From: an uncultured Bacteroidota bacterium
GTDB taxonomy: Bacteria; Bacteroidota; Bacteroidia; Flavobacteriales; Flavobacteriaceae
DNA length: 64,000 nt
Direction of reading: 5' to 3'
NCBI GenBank assembly: GCA_902516925.1
Contig: CABYAF010000003.1
Coordinates: 14,423 to 78,422, forward strand
Each line of letters opens with the position of its first letter. Within the stretch, counting starts at the first letter, position 1. Below the pieces are notes generated by a model. It ran no database searches. It had not been told where the DNA came from and saw nothing but the letters and a program-made list of their open reading frames with translations. Below are positions 29,691 to 38,364 of this stretch, piece after piece. A program made the translations under genes and the position numbers.

Positions 29691-30473
29691 ATGAAACACC
29701 CCGAAAAAGTCTCAAGACATATTATAAACTGGATTAATACATATTTAGAAAACAGCAAAATGAATGGATTGGTAGTTGGAGTTTCAGGTGGAGTTGACTC
29801 AGCATTAACTTCAACATTATGTGCTGAAACTGGGAAGAACTTAATCTGTATTGAAATGCCAATTAATCAAGGAAATGATCAAGTTTCAAGATCAAAGAAA
29901 CATGTTGAATGGTTAAAGTCAAAATACCCTAATGTAAGTTCAATTTTGATAAACCTGGATAATACTTATAATATGTTTGTAGATTCTGTACCCAAAAATG
30001 GATCCGATAAGCATGATCTAAGTTTAGCTAATACCAGATCCAGGTTAAGAATGGTTACACTTTATTATTTCTCAGCCCTAAATAACTTTATAGTGGCTGG
30101 TACAGGAAATAAGGTTGAAGATTTTGGCATTGGATTTTATACTAAATACGGTGATGGTGGAGTTGACATTAGTCCAATTGCAGATTTATTAAAATCTGAA
30201 GTCTTTAGTCTTGCTAAATATCATAATATTATTGATGAAATTATTAAGGCTAGACCAACTGATGGTTTATGGAATGATAATAGAAGTGACGAAGAACAAA
30301 TAGGAGCAACTTACAATGAGCTTGAAAAGGCAATGTTAGACGAGTCAAAATCTGAATCAAATCTATCAAAAAGAGAAAAAGAAGTGATGAATATATATAA
30401 ATCATTTAATTCGTCTAATAGACATAAAATGTTACCGATACCAGTATGTAAAATTCCAAAAGATTATATTTAG
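29691..30473 (+). CDS. nadE: Ammonia-dependent NAD+ synthetase
   Basis: PP-loop GVSGGVDSA. Motifs GTGNKVEDFGIGFYTKYGDGGVD and PTDGLW. Confidence 0.9.
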   Translation: MKHPEKVSRHIINWINTYLENSKMNGLVVGVSGGVDSALTSTLCAETGKNLICIEMPINQGNDQVSRSKKHVEWLKSKYPNVSSILINLDNTYNMFVDSVPKNGSDKHDLSLANTRSRLRMVTLYYFSALNNFIVAGTGNKVEDFGIGFYTKYGDGGVDISPIADLLKSEVFSLAKYHNIIDEIIKARPTDGLWNDNRSDEEQIGATYNELEKAMLDESKSESNLSKREKEVMNIYKSFNSSNRHKMLPIPVCKIPKDYI

Positions 30474-30477
30474 TAAA

Positions 30478-31122
30478 TTGAAAAAGTTAAAAATCTTAGT
30501 TGCAGACCCGGATCCGATTGTTTACATTGGACTGAAGTCTATTTTTAGAAACTCATTAATTTTTGAAGTTTCATGTCATTGTGAAAACAAGGAAAACCTT
30601 AATGACTTATTAGAACAGTTGAATATTGATTTAATTATTTCTGAAATTAATTTTAAAAAAGGTAACATAAATGATACTTTAAAAAGATTAAAGAAAAACA
30701 AGATTGAAATTCCAATAATTATATTTACATCAGAAGCAAATAAGGGTAAATCAGTTAATTTACTTAACCTTGGAGCTTCTGGTTTTATTACAAAAAATTT
30801 AAAAAAGAAATTTATAAGAAAAGTAATTCAGGAAGTAGCTTTTTCAAAATATGGCAATAAAGAGTTAAATAAATTTACTAGATTGAAAAACAGATTTAAT
30901 TTTGACTACAACACCGAAAAATTAAACAGTCTATCTAAAAGAGAACTTCAAGTTTTAAAATTATTTTTTAGAGGTAAGAGAAACATTGAAATTTCTGAAA
31001 AGTTAAACATTAATCAAAAAACAGTGAACACATATATAACTAGGGTAATGAAAAAGCTAGAAGTTGATTCAAAGACTGATCTTTATCTTCTGGCTAGCAA
31101 GCATATTAAACAACCCTATTGA
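30478..31122 (+). CDS. LuxR/NarL-family response regulator with atypical (Asp-less) receiver domain
   Basis: TTG start. Receiver fold (KILVAD ... DLIISEINF ... IIIFTSE ... GFITKN). C-terminal LuxR HTH (LSKRELQVLKLFFRGKRNIEISEKLNINQKTVNTYITRVMKKL). Confidence 0.8.
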   Translation: MKKLKILVADPDPIVYIGLKSIFRNSLIFEVSCHCENKENLNDLLEQLNIDLIISEINFKKGNINDTLKRLKKNKIEIPIIIFTSEANKGKSVNLLNLGASGFITKNLKKKFIRKVIQEVAFSKYGNKELNKFTRLKNRFNFDYNTEKLNSLSKRELQVLKLFFRGKRNIEISEKLNINQKTVNTYITRVMKKLEVDSKTDLYLLASKHIKQPY

Positions 31123-33037
31123 GTTTAGCTGACAACATTTTTTTGAGTTTATAATAACTCATCACTTCATCTAATACATCTAGTTTACTTCCATCTTTTT
31201 GAAATTCTTGGAGCTCATTAATCTTTTTATCTATAAGATATCTTCTCATGTTTAAGATTGTCTCATTAACAAGTTGACTTAACTCACTTCCAATTTTTTT
31301 AACATATATATTTTTTCTCTCCCAATCATGTAATTGATATTTATCATCATTAATTAAAATATCAGAGACAATTTTGCTTGAATTAGAATCTAGATCATTT
31401 ATGAAATTATCAATAGAGAGAGACTCATGATTATGAAAGCCATCAATTAATTTATTATATATACTTTTAAAAGGAGAGTGAGTAAATTCTATTTCATCTT
31501 GCTGTAAATCCAAATAGACTTTCTCAAATACCTTAGATCTAATATCCTTTTTAGTTTCAATTAATTTGCCGTTTTCATCCTTACTTAGTATAATATCTTC
31601 AAACAGAATTTCTTCTGCACCGTATTTAAGCAGAATACTAATTATCTGCCTTTCTAATTGGTATATATATGTTGAAGGATCCTTCTGATCCTCTGTCTTT
31701 ACTTTGGATATTTTAGATTTATAAAAATTTTTCGAAGATCTATTTAATGATTTAGCTACTCCAATATTTGCAAAAGATCTAAACAATGAAGATTCATCAA
31801 TTTGAAGAACAGACGACAATTTTTTTAAATAAATTTCCTGTTTAAGAGAATCTGGAATTAATGAAATAGATTTTAATATATTTTTAATTAAAGAGACCTT
31901 CTTGTCCTCATCATCTTGATAATCTTTATTTATTGATAATTTAAAATCAACAAAATCTTTTGACTCATTATTTATAAATTCCAACATTTTATCCTTCTTA
32001 TTTTTCCTTACAAAACTGTCTGGATCATCTCCCTCTGGAAAAGAACAAATTTTAACATTTAGACCCTCTTCTAGAATCATATCAATACTTCTTAGAGAAG
32101 CTGCTAATCCTGCTTGATCCCCATCAAAGAGAACAACAATGTTAGATGTCAATCTCTTAATTAGAATTATTTGCTCCTTTGTTAGAGAAGTACCAGAAGA
32201 TGCAAGTACATTTTTAATACCATGCTCATGCATTTGTATTACATCCATATACCCTTCTACAAGGAGACACATATCATCTTTAACTATAAATTGTTTTGAC
32301 TCATAAATTCCATATAAAGTTTTACTCTTATTATAAATTTTACTTTCAGGAGAATTTATATATTTTGCTATTTTTTTATTCGAATCAATTATCCTCCCCC
32401 CAAATCCAAGCACCCTTCCTGAAATACTCTTTATAGGAAAAATTATTCTTCCACGAAATCTGTCAATTTTTTTATCATCATTTGATATGACCAAACCTGT
32501 TTCTACTAAATACTCATCTGAATATCCATTCTCATTAGCCTTTTTGTAGAATTTGCTTTGTGAATCGATGCTATATCCAAGATTAAAATTTTTAATGGTA
32601 GCTCCTGAAAGCCCTCTCTCTAGTAAATATTCATTAATTTCCTCTTTCTCAGATAGAGTATCTTGAAAATATGATGATGCAAAATTGTTAATTATGAATA
32701 ATGATTCTCTTTCATTTCTTTCTTCAATATTTTCTGCAGTCTCTTCTGTCTCAATTATTTCAATATTATACTTATTAGCAAGATATCTTATAGACTCTGG
32801 GTAATTAAATTGTTCATGCTCAATAAGGAAAGCAATTACATTGCCTCCTTTTCCTGAGCTAAAGTCTTTCCAGATTTGTTTTGAAGGAGATACAACAAAA
32901 CTTGGAGTCTTCTCATTAGTAAAAGGGCTTAAACCCTTATAATTTGCACCAGATTTTTTTAAAGCAATAAAATCAGATATTACTTCTTCTACTCTTGAAA
33001 ACTCAAAAACCTTATCAATAGTGTCTTTACTTATCAA
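31106..33037 (-). CDS. dnaG: DNA primase
   Basis: TTG start. N-terminal primase region (NEKTPSF ... GKGGNVIAFL). Toprim motifs LVEGYMDV and LFDGDQAG. 643 aa. Confidence 0.9.
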   Translation of the reverse strand: MISKDTIDKVFEFSRVEEVISDFIALKKSGANYKGLSPFTNEKTPSFVVSPSKQIWKDFSSGKGGNVIAFLIEHEQFNYPESIRYLANKYNIEIIETEETAENIEERNERESLFIINNFASSYFQDTLSEKEEINEYLLERGLSGATIKNFNLGYSIDSQSKFYKKANENGYSDEYLVETGLVISNDDKKIDRFRGRIIFPIKSISGRVLGFGGRIIDSNKKIAKYINSPESKIYNKSKTLYGIYESKQFIVKDDMCLLVEGYMDVIQMHEHGIKNVLASSGTSLTKEQIILIKRLTSNIVVLFDGDQAGLAASLRSIDMILEEGLNVKICSFPEGDDPDSFVRKNKKDKMLEFINNESKDFVDFKLSINKDYQDDEDKKVSLIKNILKSISLIPDSLKQEIYLKKLSSVLQIDESSLFRSFANIGVAKSLNRSSKNFYKSKISKVKTEDQKDPSTYIYQLERQIISILLKYGAEEILFEDIILSKDENGKLIETKKDIRSKVFEKVYLDLQQDEIEFTHSPFKSIYNKLIDGFHNHESLSIDNFINDLDSNSSKIVSDILINDDKYQLHDWERKNIYVKKIGSELSQLVNETILNMRRYLIDKKINELQEFQKDGSKLDVLDEVMSYYKLKKMLSAKLNRVV

Positions 33038-33065
33038 AACTTATAATTTATTGTAATATAGCAAA

Positions 33066-34037
33066 TTAATACTTTCGTTCAATTATATAGTCTAGTAGAA
33101 TTTTTATAGAAATATTTGAATCATTCTGCGGGAAATCTTTCAATAGTTTTAGAGCATTTTTTTTGAAATCATTCATTCTTTGGTAAGCATATTCAAAACC
33201 ATTGTACTTAGTAATAAATTCATTTACTAATTTTTTATCACTTAATAAATATTTTTTCTTCTTTAGAATTGACTTTATTTTTCTTTTGTCTTTTAAACTT
33301 GACCTTTCAATAGAATGAATTAATGGTAAAGTGATTTTTTGAGTCTTCAAATCTAATTTTGTAGGTTTTCCAATTCTTTTATTCGAGAAATCGAACAAGT
33401 CATCCTTTATCTGGAATATAATTCCAAGATAATTGCCAAATGTATTTATTTTATCTAAGTCCTTAATACCAGAAGATATTGAACCCACCTTACAACAACA
33501 AGCAAAAAGAGATGCAGTTTTTTTTGATATTAAATCAAGATATTCATCTTCAGATAAAGAGAAACTTCTTGATTTTTGTATTTGAAATAGTTCCCCTTCA
33601 GAAATTTCTTTAACTGCTAATGAAACTTCGTTTAATAAATCATAGTCCTTGTTTTCAGTTGAAAGAAGTAGAGCTTTTGATAGAAAGAAATCTCCTACTA
33701 AAACTGAAATCTTATTTTTCCAAAGAGCATTTAAAGTAAGGAAGTTACGTCTAATTTGGCTATCATCAACTATGTCGTCATGAATCAAAGAAGCAGAGTG
33801 AATCAATTCAACTAAGTTAGCAGCCCTATATGACTTTTGGGTAAGATCTCCTTTAGAAAACATCTTTGCAAAAAGTAGAACTAAGGTTGGTCTTATTTGT
33901 TTTCCTTTTCTGTTGAGAATATAAATTAAGATTAGATCTAATAATTTAACTTTTGAAGATATAGAATTATAAAATTGTTTTTCAAAAATCTTTAATTCTT
34001 GAGCAATAGGTTTCTTTATTTTATAAGTAAGCTTCAA
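33066..34037 (-). CDS. Polyprenyl diphosphate synthase (trans-isoprenyl, IspB-like)
   Basis: TTG start. First and second Asp-rich motifs LIHDDIVDD and IKDDLFD. 323 aa. Confidence 0.85.
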   Translation of the reverse strand: MKLTYKIKKPIAQELKIFEKQFYNSISSKVKLLDLILIYILNRKGKQIRPTLVLLFAKMFSKGDLTQKSYRAANLVELIHSASLIHDDIVDDSQIRRNFLTLNALWKNKISVLVGDFFLSKALLLSTENKDYDLLNEVSLAVKEISEGELFQIQKSRSFSLSEDEYLDLISKKTASLFACCCKVGSISSGIKDLDKINTFGNYLGIIFQIKDDLFDFSNKRIGKPTKLDLKTQKITLPLIHSIERSSLKDKRKIKSILKKKKYLLSDKKLVNEFITKYNGFEYAYQRMNDFKKNALKLLKDFPQNDSNISIKILLDYIIERKY

Positions 34038-34046
34038 AATTTAACT

Positions 34047-35096
34047 CTAGATGATCATCATTGCATCACCATAAGAAGAAAAATTATATTTTTTCTTCAT
34101 TGCCTCTTTATAAGCTTTCAATACAAAATCTTTACCTCCAAATGCAGATACCATCATCAAGAGTGTAGATTTTGGTGTATGAAAGTTTGTAATCATTGAG
34201 TTAGCTATTGAAAAATCAAATGGTGGATATATAAATTTATGAGTCCAACCATTGAAAGTGTTTAATGTTCCAAAAGATGAAACAGAACTTTCAAGACCTC
34301 TCATTACTGTTGTGCCAACAGCACAGATCTTCTTTTTATTCTTAAGTGCATTATTTATTATTCTAGCTGAATCCTCATTAATTATTAATTCCTCTGAGTC
34401 CATCTTGTGCTTTGATAGATCTTCTACCTCTACTGGGCTGAAAGTACCAAGTCCAATATGTAATGTGATTTCAGGGAGCAGAATACCCTTTATCTCTAAT
34501 TTTTTAAGCAAATGTTTTGAGAAATGTAATCCTGCAGTTGGAGCAGCAACAGCACCTTCGTTTTTTGCATATATAGTCTGGAATCTATCCTTATCCTTAG
34601 GCTCAACAGGTCTGTTTATGTATTTAGGTAATGGAGTCTCACCAAGTTCTTGAAGCTTATTCCTAAATTCATCGTATGGACCATCAAAAAGGAATCTCAA
34701 AGTTCTACCTCTTGAAGTAGTATTATCTATAACTTCTGCTACAAGGCTTTCATCTTCACCAAAATATAATTTATTTCCAATTCTTATTTTTCTAGCAGGA
34801 TCTACCAAAACATCCCATAGCCTCTGATCTTGATTAAGCTCTCTAAGAAGAAAGACTTCAATTCTAGCACCAGTTTTTTCTTTATTACCGAATAATCTGG
34901 CAGGAAAAACTTTAGTGTTATTAAGGACAATAACATCTCCATCATCATAAAAATCAATCATATCCTTAAAAACCAAATGTTCGATTTTTTCCTCTTTTCT
35001 ATTTATAAGCATTAGCTTACATTCGTCTCTCTCATCAGAGGGATACTGGGCAAGATATTTATCAGGTAATTTGTATTCAAAGTCGGATAATTTCAT
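34047..35096 (-). CDS. queA: S-adenosylmethionine:tRNA ribosyltransferase-isomerase
   Basis: Motifs [47 protein letters not shown]. Confidence 0.9.
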   Translation of the reverse strand: MKLSDFEYKLPDKYLAQYPSDERDECKLMLINRKEEKIEHLVFKDMIDFYDDGDVIVLNNTKVFPARLFGNKEKTGARIEVFLLRELNQDQRLWDVLVDPARKIRIGNKLYFGEDESLVAEVIDNTTSRGRTLRFLFDGPYDEFRNKLQELGETPLPKYINRPVEPKDKDRFQTIYAKNEGAVAAPTAGLHFSKHLLKKLEIKGILLPEITLHIGLGTFSPVEVEDLSKHKMDSEELIINEDSARIINNALKNKKKICAVGTTVMRGLESSVSSFGTLNTFNGWTHKFIYPPFDFSIANSMITNFHTPKSTLLMMVSAFGGKDFVLKAYKEAMKKKYNFSSYGDAMMII

Positions 35097-35114
35097 GATA
35101 ATTTATTAAGACCG

Positions 35115-35122
35115 CAAATATA
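35115..35122 (-). promoter_or_regulatory. -7 box (TATATTTG) upstream of queA, with a TTG about 21 nt further upstream
   Basis: The reverse complement of caaatata gives an exact TAnnTTTG, 18 nt upstream of the queA ATG. A TTGAC-like element sits at 35143-35147. Confidence 0.45.
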
Positions 35123-35154
35123 ACCTTCTGAGATACCGAAAGTCAAGTATTTAT

Positions 35155-36381
35155 CTATTTATTTTTTAAAATATTAAATCCTAAACTTTCTAAATCATTC
35201 CAAAAGTTGACATAAGATTTAGTGACAACTTCAGGATTGTTTATTTTGATAGGGACTATTAGCGATAAAGGAGCAAAAGACATGGCCATTCTATGATCAT
35301 TATATGTCTCAATAATTACTTCATGTTTTAGATTAGAATTATTTTCAAGGGTTATTGAATTTTCAGTTATTTCAACATTATCTACATTAAATTTTTCAAT
35401 TTCATTTTTCAGAGCAATAAGCCTATCTGTCTCTTTTATCTTTAAAGTATGTAAGCCATCTAAAGTACAGTCAACTCCAAGTCCTAGACAAGTGACAATT
35501 ATAGTCTGAGCAAGATCTGGACTATCTTTTAAATTTAAGTTAATACTTTTAGGAAGATCAATTTTATTCTTCCTTAAAATAATTTGATCATTATCAAATA
35601 ATGTTTCAATACCAAATATTTTATAAATATCAACAAGTGATGAATCCCCCTGTAAACTGTCTTTAAAAAAGGTAGAAAGGGTTAATCTTGCTGAGTTAGA
35701 TAGTGCTGCAATACTGAAAAAGTAAGAGGCCGAACTCCAATCAGACTCAACAAATTGTTCGGGAACAACTTTTTCTTTAAATGGCTCAATAGTAATCTCC
35801 CTATCATGAATCTTTATAATACCACCTATTCTTTCAATAATTTTTTTTGTCATTAAAATATATGGAAGGGATGTAATTTCTGATGATAACTTAATCTTTA
35901 AACCATTTTCCAGAGAAACACCCAACATCATTAAAGATGAGATATATTGTGAACTCACATCTGCAGGGAGAGTAACTGAGTTACTTAAAATATTTTTTCC
36001 GTTGATTTTTAAAGGAGGAAATCCACTTTTTTCAATATACTCGATATCACAACCTAAGTCTTTTAAGGCATCAACTAAAATAGAAATAGGTCTTTGCTTC
36101 ATCCTATTTGATCCAGTTAAAACATTTAAATTTTTTGAAATGGATGAATAATACGAAGTTAAAAATCTCATTGCAGTTCCAGCATGCCCAATATTAATTT
36201 CTTTTTTATCAGATTTAATTGCAGATAACATTAGTTGAGTATCATCTGAATCTGATAAATTAAAAATTTTAAAATACGACGTATAAGCTCTTAATAGTAT
36301 CAACCTATTTGATTCACTTTTTGAGCCACTGATGCTTACAGTACCTTGAATGTCCTGAAGTTCTTTTGAAATCTTGTACAC
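35155..36381 (-). CDS. aroA: 3-phosphoshikimate 1-carboxyvinyltransferase (EPSP synthase)
   Basis: GTG start sharing one base with the upstream stop. Motifs SGSKSESNRLILL, GTAMRFL, DHRMAMSFAPL. Confidence 0.9.
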   Translation of the reverse strand: MYKISKELQDIQGTVSISGSKSESNRLILLRAYTSYFKIFNLSDSDDTQLMLSAIKSDKKEINIGHAGTAMRFLTSYYSSISKNLNVLTGSNRMKQRPISILVDALKDLGCDIEYIEKSGFPPLKINGKNILSNSVTLPADVSSQYISSLMMLGVSLENGLKIKLSSEITSLPYILMTKKIIERIGGIIKIHDREITIEPFKEKVVPEQFVESDWSSASYFFSIAALSNSARLTLSTFFKDSLQGDSSLVDIYKIFGIETLFDNDQIILRKNKIDLPKSINLNLKDSPDLAQTIIVTCLGLGVDCTLDGLHTLKIKETDRLIALKNEIEKFNVDNVEITENSITLENNSNLKHEVIIETYNDHRMAMSFAPLSLIVPIKINNPEVVTKSYVNFWNDLESLGFNILKNK

Positions 36382-36707
36382 TATTTTAGTTTAGTATTAG
36401 ACTTGTGTCTATTTTTATCCCTTCTAGTTTTTTTATTTAAATTTTCATGAAAAGATTTCTCTAAATCAATTCCTGTCTGATTTGCTAAGCAAATTAACAC
36501 AAATAGTACATCAGATAACTCATCAGCAAGATTATCTTCATTGTCACTGTGTTTTGAACTTTGCTCACCATATTTTCTAGCAATTATTCTTGCAACCTCA
36601 CCTACCTCTTCAGAAAGTATAGCCATATTTGTTAACTCATTAAAATATCGAACACCATGTTCATTTATCCATTGATCAACTTTTTTTTGTGCATTTTTAA
36701 TATTCAT
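36381..36707 (-). CDS. MazG-like nucleotide pyrophosphohydrolase domain protein
   Basis: 108 aa with the EExxE...D pattern (LSEEVGEVARII ... ELSDVLFVLICLAN). Confidence 0.75.
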   Translation of the reverse strand: MNIKNAQKKVDQWINEHGVRYFNELTNMAILSEEVGEVARIIARKYGEQSSKHSDNEDNLADELSDVLFVLICLANQTGIDLEKSFHENLNKKTRRDKNRHKSNTKLK

Positions 36708-36709
36708 AA

Positions 36710-37717
36710 CTATTTTTTTTGATTTAGTATTTTCCAGATTATCTCTTTCAAACTATTTATGCCATATAAGCTTACAGATGAAAATATAGTAAATGGAATT
36801 GATTTAAATTCTTTTTTTAAGATATTTTGAAATTCTTCTAATAACTCCTCATCCATTAGATCTGATTTACTAAAAGCAATTATAAAATCTTTATCAGCTA
36901 ATTCAGGATTATATTTCATTAGCTCTTTTTTCAAAACTTCAAAATCTTTCTTTACACTTTTAGAATCTACTGGAATAATGTAAAGTAGAATAGAATTTCG
37001 TTCAATATGTCTTAAAAAATAGTGCCCTAAGCCTCTACCCTCACTCGCTCCCTCAATTATTCCAGGTATATCTGCCATTACAAATGATCTATAGTCTGAC
37101 ATTGAAACAATACCAAGGTTTGGTTTTAAAGTTGTGAACTCATAATCAGCAATTTTTGGTTTAGCATCAGATAAAGCTGATAATAATGTTGACTTACCAG
37201 CGTTAGGAAATCCAACAAGCCCAACATCAGCTAGCACCTTTAGTTCAAGTGTTATCATAAGTTCTTCACCTGGTAGACCTGATTGAGAATATCTTGGGGT
37301 TTGATTTGTTGGAGATTTAAAATGGTAATTTCCTAAACCACCTTTTCCCCCTCTTAATAATACAATCTGTTCTTTATTTTCGTTTATTTCAAGTATAGTT
37401 TTTTCAGTTATTGAGTCCTTGACAATAGTTCCAAGCGGTACTTTAATAATAATATTTTTTCCACTTAAACCTGATTTTTTAGAACCACTGCCATCACCTC
37501 CATTACCTGCCTTAAAATGTTTTTTAAATCTAAAACTTTGAAGAGTCCACAGGTTTGAATCCCCAACGACTATAATATTTCCACCATCTCCACCATCTCC
37601 ACCATCAGGACCTCCTTTAGGAACGTATTTTTCTCGTCTTAAATGGGTAGAACCTCTTCCTCCTTTACCTGATTTAACAGTAAGTTTTACATAGTCTACA
37701 AAGTTATCAACTATCAT
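36710..37717 (-). CDS. obg: GTPase Obg/CgtA
   Basis: Gly-rich Obg fold (GGPDGGDGGDGGN). G1 GFPNAGKST, G3 DIPGIIEGA, G4 SKSD. Confidence 0.95.
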   Translation of the reverse strand: MIVDNFVDYVKLTVKSGKGGRGSTHLRREKYVPKGGPDGGDGGDGGNIIVVGDSNLWTLQSFRFKKHFKAGNGGDGSGSKKSGLSGKNIIIKVPLGTIVKDSITEKTILEINENKEQIVLLRGGKGGLGNYHFKSPTNQTPRYSQSGLPGEELMITLELKVLADVGLVGFPNAGKSTLLSALSDAKPKIADYEFTTLKPNLGIVSMSDYRSFVMADIPGIIEGASEGRGLGHYFLRHIERNSILLYIIPVDSKSVKKDFEVLKKELMKYNPELADKDFIIAFSKSDLMDEELLEEFQNILKKEFKSIPFTIFSSVSLYGINSLKEIIWKILNQKK

Positions 37718-37721
37718 AACA

Positions 37722-38297
37722 TTAGATTAAACTATCTACTAAACCAAAAAGTCTTGAAGTGATATCATTTACAGAACCTTTACCATCAACTGAAAAAAAT
37801 TTATCTTGATTACTGTAGAAATTTATGAGTATAGAGGTCTTTGTGTTATACTCGTTAAATCTATTTTTAATTTTTTCTATATCCTGATCATCAGATCTAT
37901 TTGTAACTTTTCCACGATCTAGTAATCTTGTAATTAGTTCATCTTCTTTAACATCAAGTGCTATTGTAGCATTTATCTTTAAATTGATTGAAGTTAAAAA
38001 GGCATCTAAAGATTCAGCTTGGTTTAAGGTTCTTGGAAAGCCATCAAATATATATCCATCAACTTCTTTATTTGATAAAACTTCATTCTCCAACATCTTA
38101 ATTGTTACAGAATCAGGAACTAGATCTCCATTATCTAAGTAATATTTTGCCTCAATACCTAGCTTGGTTTGATTACTAATATTTTTTCTGAATAGATCTC
38201 CAGTTGAAATATGATATAAATTATATTTTTCCTTGAGGAAGTTAGCCTGTGTCCCTTTACCAGATCCTGGTTTTCCAAAAATTACAATATTAAACAT
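37722..38297 (-). CDS. adk: Adenylate kinase (short-lid type)
   Basis: P-loop GKPGSGKGTQ. Motifs ISTGDLFR and FDGFPRT. 191 aa. Confidence 0.95.
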   Translation of the reverse strand: MFNIVIFGKPGSGKGTQANFLKEKYNLYHISTGDLFRKNISNQTKLGIEAKYYLDNGDLVPDSVTIKMLENEVLSNKEVDGYIFDGFPRTLNQAESLDAFLTSINLKINATIALDVKEDELITRLLDRGKVTNRSDDQDIEKIKNRFNEYNTKTSILINFYSNQDKFFSVDGKGSVNDITSRLFGLVDSLI

Positions 38298-38302
38298 AGA
38301 GA

Positions 38303-38310
38303 CAAAGATA
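38303..38310 (-). promoter_or_regulatory. -7 box (TATCTTTG) 5 nt upstream of the adk ATG
   Basis: The reverse complement of caaagata gives an exact TAnnTTTG. Only 38298-38302 separates it from the start codon. Confidence 0.4.
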
Positions 38311-38352
38311 TTTAAAATGTTTCGTATTCTTTACCGTGTTTAAAGTTATGCT

Positions 38353-38360
38353 TATTTTTG
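38353..38360 (+). promoter_or_regulatory. -7 box (TATTTTTG) 4 nt upstream of the purK ATG
   Basis: Exact TAnnTTTG match. Only 38361-38364 separates it from the ATG at 38365. Confidence 0.4.
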
Positions 38361-38364
38361 CCAA

